DNA of 32,000 nucleotides, taken from contig LYOS01000001.1 of the NCBI GenBank assembly GCA_001766815.1, positions 150,001 through 182,000 of the forward strand, read 5' to 3'. Source of the stretch: Candidatus Syntropharchaeum caldarium. Its GTDB lineage: Archaea; Halobacteriota; Syntropharchaeia; Syntropharchaeales; Syntropharchaeaceae. A program made the translations under genes and the position numbers. Under the pieces are notes generated by a model. The model saw only the letters and a list, made by a program, of their open reading frames with translations. It did not search any database and had not been told where the DNA came from. This document shows, in pieces, positions 7,594-16,085 of this stretch. Position 1 is the stretch's first letter, and every line of letters begins with the position of its first letter.

Positions 7594-7603
7594 TTTATAA
7601 ATA
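7594..7603. promoter_or_regulatory. Near-palindromic TATA box TTTATAAATA in the divergent intergenic region (RHH-like gene / ExbB-like operon)
   Basis: The box is centred ~30 nt from the minus-strand ATG (7568), consistent with a leaderless transcript. It is ~57 nt upstream of the plus-strand ATG (7656), which has its own GGAGG at 7646-7650. Confidence 0.45.
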
Positions 7604-7655
7604 GCTTCTCACAGATGGAGAACTCAACGTTTACTGTTAAACAAAGGAGGAAAAT

Positions 7656-8252
7656 ATGATAGATATATTTGCAACGCTCCAGTCATCGATATACTACATC
7701 TCAACATACCTTCTGTATCCAGTGATCATTGCACTGCTTATCTGTGTTGGCTTCATCCTCGTTGACACAGGGTCTTTTCTCTACGAGATATACAGAAGAA
7801 AGAGGTTACACTTTGAGTTTGAGGATGAAGTTATCTCAGGCAGGTTTGTTGCGCTATTCATGAAAGAGCTTGAGCACATGGATCATGAAGATAGATACTT
7901 TGATCTCAAGCTCCAGAAGCTCCTGAATGATATGGAGTATCTCATATCAAAGCGGCTTGAGCTGACGAAGCTCATATCAAGGATTGGTCCCATGTTCGGT
8001 CTTATGGGAACTTTAATCCCGATGGGACCTGCTTTGATAGGGCTTACTCACGGTGACATCGAGACCCTTGCAGATAACCTCATCATCGCATTCGGGACAA
8101 CAGTCGTGGGGCTTCTGGTCGGTGCGGTATCTTACTCGATCGCGATGGTCAGAACGCGCTGGTATGATCAGGAGATGGATGATATGGAGTTTGTATGTGA
8201 GATTGTGACGGGAGGTAGTCAGGATGAAATACATGAAGAAGAGAAGAGGTAA
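7656..8252 (+). CDS. MotA/TolQ/ExbB-family proton-channel protein (3 TM)
   Basis: There is an N-terminal TM helix (YLLYPVIIALLICVGFILV) and a cytoplasmic helical region. The C-terminal TM pair carries family motifs IGPMFGLMGTLIPMGPAL and AFGTTVVGLLVGAVSYSIA. A strong RBS (GGAGG) sits 5 nt upstream of the ATG. Confidence 0.85.
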   Translation: MIDIFATLQSSIYYISTYLLYPVIIALLICVGFILVDTGSFLYEIYRRKRLHFEFEDEVISGRFVALFMKELEHMDHEDRYFDLKLQKLLNDMEYLISKRLELTKLISRIGPMFGLMGTLIPMGPALIGLTHGDIETLADNLIIAFGTTVVGLLVGAVSYSIAMVRTRWYDQEMDDMEFVCEIVTGGSQDEIHEEEKR

Positions 8253-8568
8253 GAAGAAGCGATCCTTTGAGGAGGATCCGATGAGTGGTGTTGCAAATCT
8301 ATTCGATGTTGCGATGGTCTTTGCGGTTGCGCTTCTGATAGCGCTTGTATCTTCCTACCATATTCAGGAGCTTCTTGATCCGACCAGGGATATCACAATC
8401 GTCAAGAACCCTGGACAGCCTGATATGCAGGTCATCGTGAAGGAGGGGAAGGAGATAAAGACGCTGAATGTGACAGAGGAGATGAGTGAAGTTGAGATTG
8501 CAGGAACTGTTGGAACGATCTACAGGACACCGGATGGTGGAATGGTATATGTGCCTGAGGGTGGATGA
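8224..8568 (+). CDS. ExbD/TolR-like single-pass partner (DUF2149-type)
   Basis: It has a basic N-terminus, then the TM helix ANLFDVAMVFAVALLIALV with Asp28 (nt 8305-8307) in an ExbD-like 'xDV' context, then a short beta-rich C-terminal domain. GGAGGT at 8211-8216 lies 7 nt before the ATG at 8224. The gene overlaps the ExbB-like gene by 29 nt. Confidence 0.75.
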   Translation: MKYMKKRRGKKKRSFEEDPMSGVANLFDVAMVFAVALLIALVSSYHIQELLDPTRDITIVKNPGQPDMQVIVKEGKEIKTLNVTEEMSEVEIAGTVGTIYRTPDGGMVYVPEGG

Positions 8569-8751
8569 GATGAGATCATTATCCATAAAAATAAATTAAA
8601 AAAGTTCAAAATGTAGAATCCGCGACTGACAGATTTTCAAAAGCTTAAGGGTGTGGTAAGGAATAAGAGGTAAAAGATTGGCAGAAACAGCCTGGAAAAA
8701 CATATATACATTGACCGAGTACTGATGTTTTATTAATGAGAAGGTTACTTT

Positions 8752-10260
8752 ATGAAAGGGGGATTATCCATCCTTGCAGAGAAAAACAATGCAAATGGTT
8801 TAGAGCCTGTACAGAAGACGAAAGAAACGGGTAAACAGGCATATCTGATACTTGGGTGTGGAGCGATAGGACTTGCGACAGCGAAAGGTTTAAAAAAGCA
8901 AGATTATACAGTTCTGATCGTTGATATAAATGAAAAGGTTGTTGAGAGCCTTAGAGAGCAAAATATGGACGCCTGTCTGGGCGATATGAGCGATCCCAAA
9001 TTTTTAGAGACAGTACTTGCTAATAAGCAGTTCAATGCAATCCTGATTCTTGGAGATAATTCTGCATCAAATCAGCAGGCGCTCAGAACAATCAAAAAAA
9101 TCACTCCAGAGACGTACGTCGTTGTACGTGCAATCGATCCTGTTGAGCAAGAAGATCTGAAGGAACTGGGTGTGGATGCACTGGTTCTACCTGCTGAGAT
9201 TGTTGCAAAACATATCATCAGAACGCTTGAAGGTGTTGCACTCTCAAAGCGTACAGATAAACTCATAAAATTGCTGGCTGGTATGAAAGGTAGCAAGCTT
9301 GGCATCGTTCTTCACGACAGTCCTGATCCTGATGCGATCGCAAGTGGACTTGCGCTCAAGTATATCGCAGAAACGACAGGTACCGATGCAGAGATCCTTT
9401 ATCATGGGGAAGTCGGGCACCAGGTCAATCGCGCGTTTGTGAACCTCCTCAATATAAATATGCGGCGTATCGAGGAGGTTGACCTTGATGAGTTTGCAGG
9501 CTTTGCACTTGTTGACACATCACCCGGTGCAAATAACTCACTTCCACCAGAGATCGAACCCGACATCATCATAGACCATCACCCACCCATGAAAACCGAG
9601 TTTTCATCCTATTATGTCGATGTGCGTCCAGGAACTGGATCCTGTTCCACAATTCTTACAAAATATCTTCAGCAACTGGAACTACCAATCGAGAAGGAAC
9701 TTGCAACAGCTCTGATTCATGGAATAAGAACTGATACACAGGAATTTAAGCGAAACACCAGCCCCGCAGATCTCACCGCAGCAGCGTTCCTTTACCCACT
9801 CGTGGATCACACACTACTTGGTCAGATTGAGACACCTCCGATGTCCACCGAGACGCTGGACGTGCTTGGGGAGGCGATAAGGAGACGAACGGTGAAGGGG
9901 AGTTATCTCGTCTCAAACGTCGGTTTTATCATGGATCGAGATGCACTGGTACAGGCAGCAGATTATCTTCTCAACCTTGAGGGAATATCCACCGTACTTG
10001 TATTTGGGCTCAGTGAAGATAAAATTCACATAACCGGGCGTAACAAAGATGTCCGGATAAATATAGGGGCCGTTCTTCAGGAGGCGTTTGGTGATATCGG
10101 TACTGCTGGTGGACATTCAACAGCAGGGGCTGCACAGATACCACTGGGTGTATTCAGCGGTATGAAGGATAAAGAAAGCCTGCTGAAGCTGGTTGGTGAC
10201 GCGGTTACCATGCGTTTCTTCTCAAAGATCGGGATCGAAAACGGCGATAAAACAACCTGA
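8752..10260 (+). CDS. TrkA-N (NAD-binding Rossmann) / DHH / DHHA1 phosphoesterase fusion
   Basis: Rossmann motif ILGCGAIGLATAKGL. DHH motifs HDSPDPDAIAS, VDTS and IIDHH. DHHA1 motif GGHSTAGAAQ near the C-terminus. Confidence 0.85.
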   Translation: MKGGLSILAEKNNANGLEPVQKTKETGKQAYLILGCGAIGLATAKGLKKQDYTVLIVDINEKVVESLREQNMDACLGDMSDPKFLETVLANKQFNAILILGDNSASNQQALRTIKKITPETYVVVRAIDPVEQEDLKELGVDALVLPAEIVAKHIIRTLEGVALSKRTDKLIKLLAGMKGSKLGIVLHDSPDPDAIASGLALKYIAETTGTDAEILYHGEVGHQVNRAFVNLLNINMRRIEEVDLDEFAGFALVDTSPGANNSLPPEIEPDIIIDHHPPMKTEFSSYYVDVRPGTGSCSTILTKYLQQLELPIEKELATALIHGIRTDTQEFKRNTSPADLTAAAFLYPLVDHTLLGQIETPPMSTETLDVLGEAIRRRTVKGSYLVSNVGFIMDRDALVQAADYLLNLEGISTVLVFGLSEDKIHITGRNKDVRINIGAVLQEAFGDIGTAGGHSTAGAAQIPLGVFSGMKDKESLLKLVGDAVTMRFFSKIGIENGDKTT

Positions 10261-10270
10261 CCCAGATCGA

Positions 10271-11683
10271 TTAGCAAAACTTCAGCATATTCACATCAAG
10301 GCTCCTGAGATTGACAAGCGCAGCACATCCCGGCACAGGCGTTATATTAAGCTTTTTCTGGTATTCGGTTTGTCCCTGCCATGTACCAGCGTTTATGGTG
10401 GTCACACCCCTGTATCTACCAACTCCGACTGTGTGTGTGTGCCCACAGAGCAGGATATCGGGAATTCGTTCGATAACGCCTGAATCGATAACAGACGGGA
10501 CAATCGGTACTTTTCCACCATAAATCGGTGCTATATGCCGCCGTTTCAGCATCTCGATCATCGCACCTTCTGGATGATCGTATGAAAGACCAGGTATTGC
10601 CATTATCAGGTCATCAAACGACTGTCCGTGATAGATCAGAACAGAAACACCATCAAGCTCAACCATGGCAGGGTTGCTCACAAATATCGTATTCTTATGT
10701 TGCTTGAACAGAACCTGAATTCGTTCTGGGAGGCGGGGCTGGGGATCTGCCTGCCGCACTGCATCATGGTTTCCGGGTGCGATTATGATTGTGATCTCAT
10801 CTGGAATCTCTGCGAGTGATCTGGCAACCCTCCTGTATTGCTCGGTGAGATCAGGGATGAGAAGTTCCTTCTCCTGATCTGGATAGACCCCGATTCCATC
10901 GACCACGTCCCCTGCTATCACGAGATACTTCACCTTTCTGGAGAGTTCGATCTCTCGTTCACCACCAAGTTCCCCCCGCATCCATGCGATAAATCGCTCC
11001 CATGCATCGTCGATAAATGTGCAGTTCCCCATGTGAATATCAGAGATAAAAACCGCAAAACTCTCCACATCTGCATGATTCGGTGTGAAATTACTGAAAA
11101 TATCTGGGAAGAAAATCTTATCGGCTACAAAAAGTTCTCCCTTCTTTGTCAGTGATCCCTGGACTCCTATCACCTCATCGAGGACAATATTGACATTCAG
11201 TTTGTCTTTCATAAGGAGCACGGGAAATCTGCCAGTCATATCTTCAAGATCAAGAATTGTGTGGCCGTTTGGAGTCTTGTTGATCTCTGAGACGACCCCG
11301 ACAATCCCGATTTGATCCACGTCCAGTTTTTTAACCCGCTCGAGGCTTTTTATACTTCGTACATTCAACCTGCTCTGCAGAATGCGTGAGAGCCGTTCGT
11401 ATCTGTCCCGAAATCGCTTAACAAACCCCCATTCATCGACCGCATCGATCTGGACATCTGATAAATCCAGCAGAACATTAAATGTACCTCTATTTCTCTT
11501 TCCATTCGCTTCACAGAAGCAGGAGATGTCTGAAGGACAGATGACAATTGTGGATTCATCGATTGAACTAAGGATCTCTTTAATCTGTGAATCTTCGACC
11601 ATCTGCTCGCAGAGCATTCGCGCAGCATCAGGGTGTAACTGGTATCCATGCTTTGCAAACCGCTCAACTATCCCCTCTATCAT
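10271..11683 (-). CDS. polB: DNA polymerase II (PolD) small subunit DP1
   Basis: An OB-fold region is followed by calcineurin-like phosphoesterase motifs (FISDIHMGN, GDVVDGIGVYP, GNHD, GHTH). The ATG lies 1 nt after the cofC stop. Confidence 0.9.
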   Translation of the reverse strand: MIEGIVERFAKHGYQLHPDAARMLCEQMVEDSQIKEILSSIDESTIVICPSDISCFCEANGKRNRGTFNVLLDLSDVQIDAVDEWGFVKRFRDRYERLSRILQSRLNVRSIKSLERVKKLDVDQIGIVGVVSEINKTPNGHTILDLEDMTGRFPVLLMKDKLNVNIVLDEVIGVQGSLTKKGELFVADKIFFPDIFSNFTPNHADVESFAVFISDIHMGNCTFIDDAWERFIAWMRGELGGEREIELSRKVKYLVIAGDVVDGIGVYPDQEKELLIPDLTEQYRRVARSLAEIPDEITIIIAPGNHDAVRQADPQPRLPERIQVLFKQHKNTIFVSNPAMVELDGVSVLIYHGQSFDDLIMAIPGLSYDHPEGAMIEMLKRRHIAPIYGGKVPIVPSVIDSGVIERIPDILLCGHTHTVGVGRYRGVTTINAGTWQGQTEYQKKLNITPVPGCAALVNLRSLDVNMLKFC

Positions 11684-11684
11684 T

Positions 11685-12359
11685 CTAAACCTCTCGTTTT
11701 ACCGTAACTCTGCCCTGATTTACACTCAATGAAACCCCCAGCGTGCGAAGATATGATGCAGCAGCTGTACCATCGCCGTGTATCAAAAGTTCGACAAGAT
11801 CTGCCTCTTCATCAATATCAACCGCCGCAAGGAACGAATAGTAAATACGAAAACTTAATCCATGCTTTCTTGCGATATTAATGTGATCCTGCAGGCTATT
11901 TCCGTAATAATCAACTCTAAAATGCTCTGGGGATCTCACAACAAGAATATTTGTGCCCCCTCCAATTCCTGGTGCGATTACAAGATCCTCCCTGAAGTCA
12001 AGCATCTCATCTATCTCAGAAGAGCCAATGAGTGGCAGATCTGACATCACAACCATAACAGGATCTGTTTCGTTCTTTAAAATCGAGTTTATGGCGCTAT
12101 TGAGATCTCTATCATCTATAAGGCACTCAATTCCATGTGAGCTTTCAATTGCACCGATGCCTTCTTCTGATGTTGATAAAAGAATGATCTCATCGACAGC
12201 TGAGGATTTTAAAGACCGTATCACATCCTCCAGCATTAATGTTGCAAATAGCTGCCGCTCATCATCTTTTAAAATAGTTGAGAGGCGGGATTTGGCACCC
12301 CTGGCTTTGAAAGGGATATATACCCTGATGCAACCGCCTCCAGGCGAGGTTTTAATCAA
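11685..12359 (-). CDS. cofC: 2-phospho-L-lactate guanylyltransferase (F420 biosynthesis)
   Basis: N-terminal [16 protein letters not shown]...MLEDV signature and a size of ~220 aa. The only in-frame start candidate is a TTG that overlaps the rps10 TGA (TTGA), so the start is uncertain. Confidence 0.8.
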   Translation of the reverse strand: MIKTSPGGGCIRVYIPFKARGAKSRLSTILKDDERQLFATLMLEDVIRSLKSSAVDEIILLSTSEEGIGAIESSHGIECLIDDRDLNSAINSILKNETDPVMVVMSDLPLIGSSEIDEMLDFREDLVIAPGIGGGTNILVVRSPEHFRVDYYGNSLQDHINIARKHGLSFRIYYSFLAAVDIDEEADLVELLIHGDGTAAASYLRTLGVSLSVNQGRVTVKREV

Positions 12360-12667
12360 CTCCGCAGAACGATCTCGATGTTGATATCTTTTGGAACCTG
12401 AATTCTCATCAACTGCCGTAATGCCCGTTCATCTGCATCAAGATCGATCAATCGCTTGTGGATCCGCATCTGCCAGTGATCCCATGTCTCTGTACCCTCG
12501 CCATCCGGGCTTTTTCTGCATGGAACGGTGAGTTTCTTTGTTGGCAGGGGAACGGGTCCTTTGCAGATAACACCTGTCATCTCAGCGATGTGCTTGATCT
12601 GGGCGCAGATCTTGTCGAGTTGTGCAGGACTCCTTCCCGCAAGCCGTATCCGTGCTACCTGCCCCAT
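12356..12667 (-). CDS. rps10: 30S ribosomal protein S10 (uS10)
   Basis: Full-length match by eye (ARIRLAG...LDKICAQI...[11 protein letters not shown]...RIHKRLIDL). It lies directly downstream of tuf, as in archaeal str-type clusters. Confidence 0.95.
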   Translation of the reverse strand: MGQVARIRLAGRSPAQLDKICAQIKHIAEMTGVICKGPVPLPTKKLTVPCRKSPDGEGTETWDHWQMRIHKRLIDLDADERALRQLMRIQVPKDINIEIVLRS

Positions 12668-12682
12668 TCTCTATCCTCGATA

Positions 12683-13951
12683 TTATTGTTTCTCGACAAG
12701 ATCGATAACCATCCCTGCAGCGATCGTCTGCCCCATATCTCGTATGGCAAACCTTCCAAGCTGTGGAATTTCCTTTGCCCTCTCGATCACAAGCGGCCTT
12801 GTTGGCCTTATCTTGACGATCGCAGCATCACCAGTCTTCAAAAATTGTGGGTTCTCCTCTGCGACCGCTCCTGTCTTTGGATCAAGCTTCTTCTGAAGTT
12901 CTATGAAGGTGCATGCGACCTGTGCGGTGTGACAGTGGAATACGGGCGTATATCCAACTGTTATTGCGCTCGGGTGTTGCAGGACAACGATCTGTGCTGT
13001 GAACTCTGCGGCTACCGATGGTGGGTTATCGACGTGCCCACAGACGTCACCTCTTCTGAGATCTCCTTTACCGATGCCTCGCACATTCCATCCGATATTG
13101 TCACCTGGAATTGCTTCAGGGACCTCCTCGTGGTGCATCTCGATGGATTTAACCTCACCAGACTTCATCGTTGGGCTGAAGATAACCTTATCGCCTTTCT
13201 TCATTACACCAGTCTCAACCCTGCCAACGGGGACGGTTCCAACGCCTGAAATCGTGTAGACATCCTGTACAGGTATTCTGAGTGGGAGGTCTATCGGTTT
13301 CTCAGGCTCTTTGAAGTTGTCGAGTGCTTCCAGGACAGTTGGTCCTTTGTACCACTTCAGGTTCTCGCTTGGCTCTGTTACATTGTCTCCCTTGAGTGCA
13401 GATACAGGCAGGAATGTAACCATATCCCCCTTGTATCCAACGATCTTCAGGAGATCTTCGATGTCCTTCTTGACCTCGTTGTAGCGCTCCTCGCTGTAGT
13501 CAACCATGTCCATCTTGTTCAGCGCAACGATGAGCTGGTTGATACCGAGTGTCCTGGAGAGGAAAACATGCTCCTTTGTCTGCGCCATCACACCGTCCTT
13601 TGCGTCAACGACAAGAATCGCGGCATCTGCCTGGGATGCGCCTGTGATCATGTTCTTGACAAAGTCACGATGCCCTGGACAATCTACAACCGTGAAGTAA
13701 TACTTGTCGGTATCGAATCGCTGATGAGCAATATCGATCGTGATACCACGCTCTCGTTCTTCCTTCAGTGAGTCCATTACCCATGCAAACTCAAATGTCG
13801 CTTTTCCCTTCGCTTCTGCCTCTTTTCGGTACTGCTCGATCAAATGTGGATCAATCGTCTTTGTCTCAAAGAGCAATCTTCCCACAAGTGTCGACTTACC
13901 GTGATCAATATGTCCGATCACAGCCAGATTCATGTGTGGTTTTTCTGCCAT
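12683..13951 (-). CDS. tuf: Translation elongation factor EF-1alpha
   Basis: [17 protein letters not shown] and NKMD GTPase motifs. I moved the start from the ORF-track TTG (13966) to the ATG at 13951 ([14 protein letters not shown]), which has a GGAGG ~8 nt upstream. Confidence 0.95.
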   Translation of the reverse strand: MAEKPHMNLAVIGHIDHGKSTLVGRLLFETKTIDPHLIEQYRKEAEAKGKATFEFAWVMDSLKEERERGITIDIAHQRFDTDKYYFTVVDCPGHRDFVKNMITGASQADAAILVVDAKDGVMAQTKEHVFLSRTLGINQLIVALNKMDMVDYSEERYNEVKKDIEDLLKIVGYKGDMVTFLPVSALKGDNVTEPSENLKWYKGPTVLEALDNFKEPEKPIDLPLRIPVQDVYTISGVGTVPVGRVETGVMKKGDKVIFSPTMKSGEVKSIEMHHEEVPEAIPGDNIGWNVRGIGKGDLRRGDVCGHVDNPPSVAAEFTAQIVVLQHPSAITVGYTPVFHCHTAQVACTFIELQKKLDPKTGAVAEENPQFLKTGDAAIVKIRPTRPLVIERAKEIPQLGRFAIRDMGQTIAAGMVIDLVEKQ

Positions 13952-14029
13952 ATCAAATTCCTCCAAATATCGTGATTGTATTCATCGGATACTCTCGTAT
14001 TGATCTCACCCATTTATTAATCTAACCCC

Positions 14030-14743
14030 TTACTGTCCCAACTTCAATCGCCTGTGTGCACTTTTGAGCCATTCTGTAGCCTCTTCCATCGCATCAACCG
14101 CGTGTTCAAGGTCTGTTTTTAAATCAGACAGTCCAAGTGCATCAGCTTCGATCACAGCTTTTTCATAGCTCTCTATATGTCCCTCGCTGTGTTCAATCCA
14201 GTGTTCAAGTTTCTTTTTTAAGCGTTCTGCATCCATACAACGCCTCCTCAGAAGTTTTACCATCTTTTCGATGTTAATCCAGTGCCCCCCCTCCCAGAAT
14301 ACATGGCCACAACCTGTACACTGCCAGAACTCCAGGTCACCGAGGCTTGAAGCAGGTACATATTCATACCCTTCTTCTTCCTTTAGTTTTTTGACATCAT
14401 CCTTATTCAATCTTTTGATCGACTCGTTGCATAACGTGCAGCGGAGAACTCGGGTACATGGCTCAATACCAACCCCCAGCATCACCTCTGTGAGCTGCTC
14501 GGCTGTATTCACCGAGTGTATTCGCAGCGCATCTATTCCACGCTGCCTGCACCTCTCAATCAACTCACGATCACGGCTCAATACTATTCGATCTTCCTTT
14601 TTTGCCATCTCAAGAAGTTCCCCATCATCAGCCTCATCACTTGCATAGATCGTATCATACCCGAAGAGTCTGAGCCATGATTTCATGCGACCGAGCATAC
14701 AGTCAACAAGGAACCTCATTCTTTTAATCTCTGCATCACTCAT
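14030..14743 (-). CDS. Mut7-C (PIN-like plus zinc-ribbon) RNase-domain protein with a His/Glu-rich helical C-terminal extension
   Basis: MRFLVDCMLGRMKSWLRLFGYDT is the typical Mut7-C N-terminus. The zinc ribbon is CTLCN...CTGCGHVFWEGGHW. An extra ~70 aa follows (LEHWIEHSEGHIESYEKAV...LEHAVDAMEEATEWL). The start may instead be the internal ATG at 14719. Confidence 0.75.
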   Translation of the reverse strand: MSDAEIKRMRFLVDCMLGRMKSWLRLFGYDTIYASDEADDGELLEMAKKEDRIVLSRDRELIERCRQRGIDALRIHSVNTAEQLTEVMLGVGIEPCTRVLRCTLCNESIKRLNKDDVKKLKEEEGYEYVPASSLGDLEFWQCTGCGHVFWEGGHWINIEKMVKLLRRRCMDAERLKKKLEHWIEHSEGHIESYEKAVIEADALGLSDLKTDLEHAVDAMEEATEWLKSAHRRLKLGQ

Positions 14744-14753
14744 ATTAGATTTA

Positions 14754-16085
14754 ATGGTAGTTCATGTATCACCCGACTCACTTGATTGGATCACTGGTGT
14801 GCGGGTTTATCTCACAGATGGGCAGGGTATAGGTGGAATAATAAAAGCAGAGCCCGAGGATTTTATTGTCGAAGAGCTATCGGAGTCAGATACAGGAGAG
14901 GAGGGTAACTATCTCATCCTTGATCTCGAGAAGCGTGACTGGGAGATGCACAACCTTGTGAGGGTAATCTCTCGGATACTTGGGATCAGCAGAAGACGGA
15001 TCAACTGGGCAGGAACGAAGGACAAGCGAGCGGTCACGAAACAGCGAATCAGTATCTGGAAGATCGATGCAAGCGAGATCGAACGCATCAGGCTAAATGG
15101 TGTTAAACTCAATGTGGTCGGCAGATCACAGAAAAAAATTGCAATCGGGGATTTATATGCCAATCAATTTGAGATAATCGTGAGAGAGGTTAATTCAACA
15201 GGCAAAGAGGTTGAAAATAGCCTTATACAGATACAGAGTGAGATAAAAGCGCACGGGGGTGTCATAAACTACTTTGGTAATCAACGTTTCGGTGTACAGC
15301 GTCCGATAAACCACAGAATAGGGGAACTTCTCATAAAAGGTGAGTTTGAGGACGCGGCATATCTACTTCTCACAGCCACCTTTGGACGTGAGGACGAGGA
15401 GGTCGAAGAGGTGAGGCGGTTCATTTATACCACGGGCGACTTCAAACGGGCGGTTGAGCTTATGCCAAAGGGACTGCATCTCGAACGGACGATACTCCAT
15501 GCACTCATCAATAAACCTGATGACTATCTCGGTGCTTTCCTCACACTCCCAAAACAACTCTACAAGATTTTCATCCATGCTTACCAGTCATACATCTTCA
15601 ATCGGATTGTTTCTGCAAGGATGGAGGAAGGACTTGGGTTGAATGAGGCAGAAGAGGGAGATATAGTCTGCTTCAGAAATAAGCATGGTTTTGCTGATGT
15701 CAGGCACTGGCAGGTGGTGAGATCCCATGAGGTTGCGGGAATCAACGACCTTATAGCACGAGGACGTGCATTTGTAACTGCCCCACTCATTGGCTTTGAG
15801 ACCGAGATTGCCGGCGGCAGAGAGGGGGAGATAGAACACAAAATCCTTGAATCATGTAAAATTGAGCCCGAAGACTTCAGAATGGATGAAGTTGAAGCGC
15901 TTGCATCAGGGGGCATGAGACGGGAGATAAAACTTCCGGTGGATCCATCATTTGAGGTTCTTGGGGATCGGATGGTTAAGTTTGCATTCGTCCTGCCAAA
16001 AGGGGGGTATGCAACGATAGTGCTTCGAGAGTTTATGAAGACGTGTGATACGCCGGGAAAGGGATTTGAACCCTTGAGGGGATAA
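14754..16085 (+). CDS. truD: tRNA pseudouridine synthase D (TruD/Pus7 family)
   Basis: GGIIKAEPEDFIVEE and the catalytic GTKDKRAVT motif. I moved the start to the ATG at 14754, because the ORF-track start at 14685 would overlap the divergent gene. The last 35 nt overlap tRNA-Ser on the opposite strand. Confidence 0.88.
   Translation: MVVHVSPDSLDWITGVRVYLTDGQGIGGIIKAEPEDFIVEELSESDTGEEGNYLILDLEKRDWEMHNLVRVISRILGISRRRINWAGTKDKRAVTKQRISIWKIDASEIERIRLNGVKLNVVGRSQKKIAIGDLYANQFEIIVREVNSTGKEVENSLIQIQSEIKAHGGVINYFGNQRFGVQRPINHRIGELLIKGEFEDAAYLLLTATFGREDEEVEEVRRFIYTTGDFKRAVELMPKGLHLERTILHALINKPDDYLGAFLTLPKQLYKIFIHAYQSYIFNRIVSARMEEGLGLNEAEEGDIVCFRNKHGFADVRHWQVVRSHEVAGINDLIARGRAFVTAPLIGFETEIAGGREGEIEHKILESCKIEPEDFRMDEVEALASGGMRREIKLPVDPSFEVLGDRMVKFAFVLPKGGYATIVLREFMKTCDTPGKGFEPLRG

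Noticed and set aside
7033-7659. A 208-aa plus-strand ORF whose ATG overlaps the giant gene stop (ATGA), suggesting translational coupling.
   Set aside because: The product is Ser/Leu/Phe-rich low complexity, typical of the antisense of a Lys/Glu-rich gene. It is fully antisense to two well-formed, ATGA-coupled minus-strand ORFs that have a correctly spaced TATA box, and it runs through the divergent promoter region.
12458-13249. Long antisense ORFs opposite strongly conserved genes. These are 12458-13249 and 12528-12896 versus tuf/rps10, 11953-12384 versus cofC, 14271-14648 versus Mut7-C, 17983-18360 versus carB, 21435-21953 versus the ABC ATPase, 23122-23736 versus the binding protein, and 29659-30126 versus nnr.
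   Set aside because: Each lies entirely inside a gene with clear family motifs on the other strand. The products are Ser/Arg/Cys/Pro-rich with no recognisable domains. These are the usual shadow ORFs of moderately GC-rich coding DNA.
14030-14242. A HEPN-like Rx4-6H motif (RLKKKLEH) in the Mut7-C C-terminal tail.
   Set aside because: A single short motif match in a ~70-aa segment is too small for a HEPN four-helix domain and is likely chance.
14685-14753. ORF-track N-terminal extensions: truD from 14685, bud32 from 26756, tuf from TTG 13966, carA from GTG 20505, the TorD-like gene from TTG 20587, the HTH gene from TTG 23869, and the first ORF from TTG 57.
   Set aside because: The extensions overlap neighbouring genes or start at TTG/GTG. 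Internal ATGs coincide with the conserved protein N-termini and with RBS or TATA spacing. The first ORF is simply open to the window edge.
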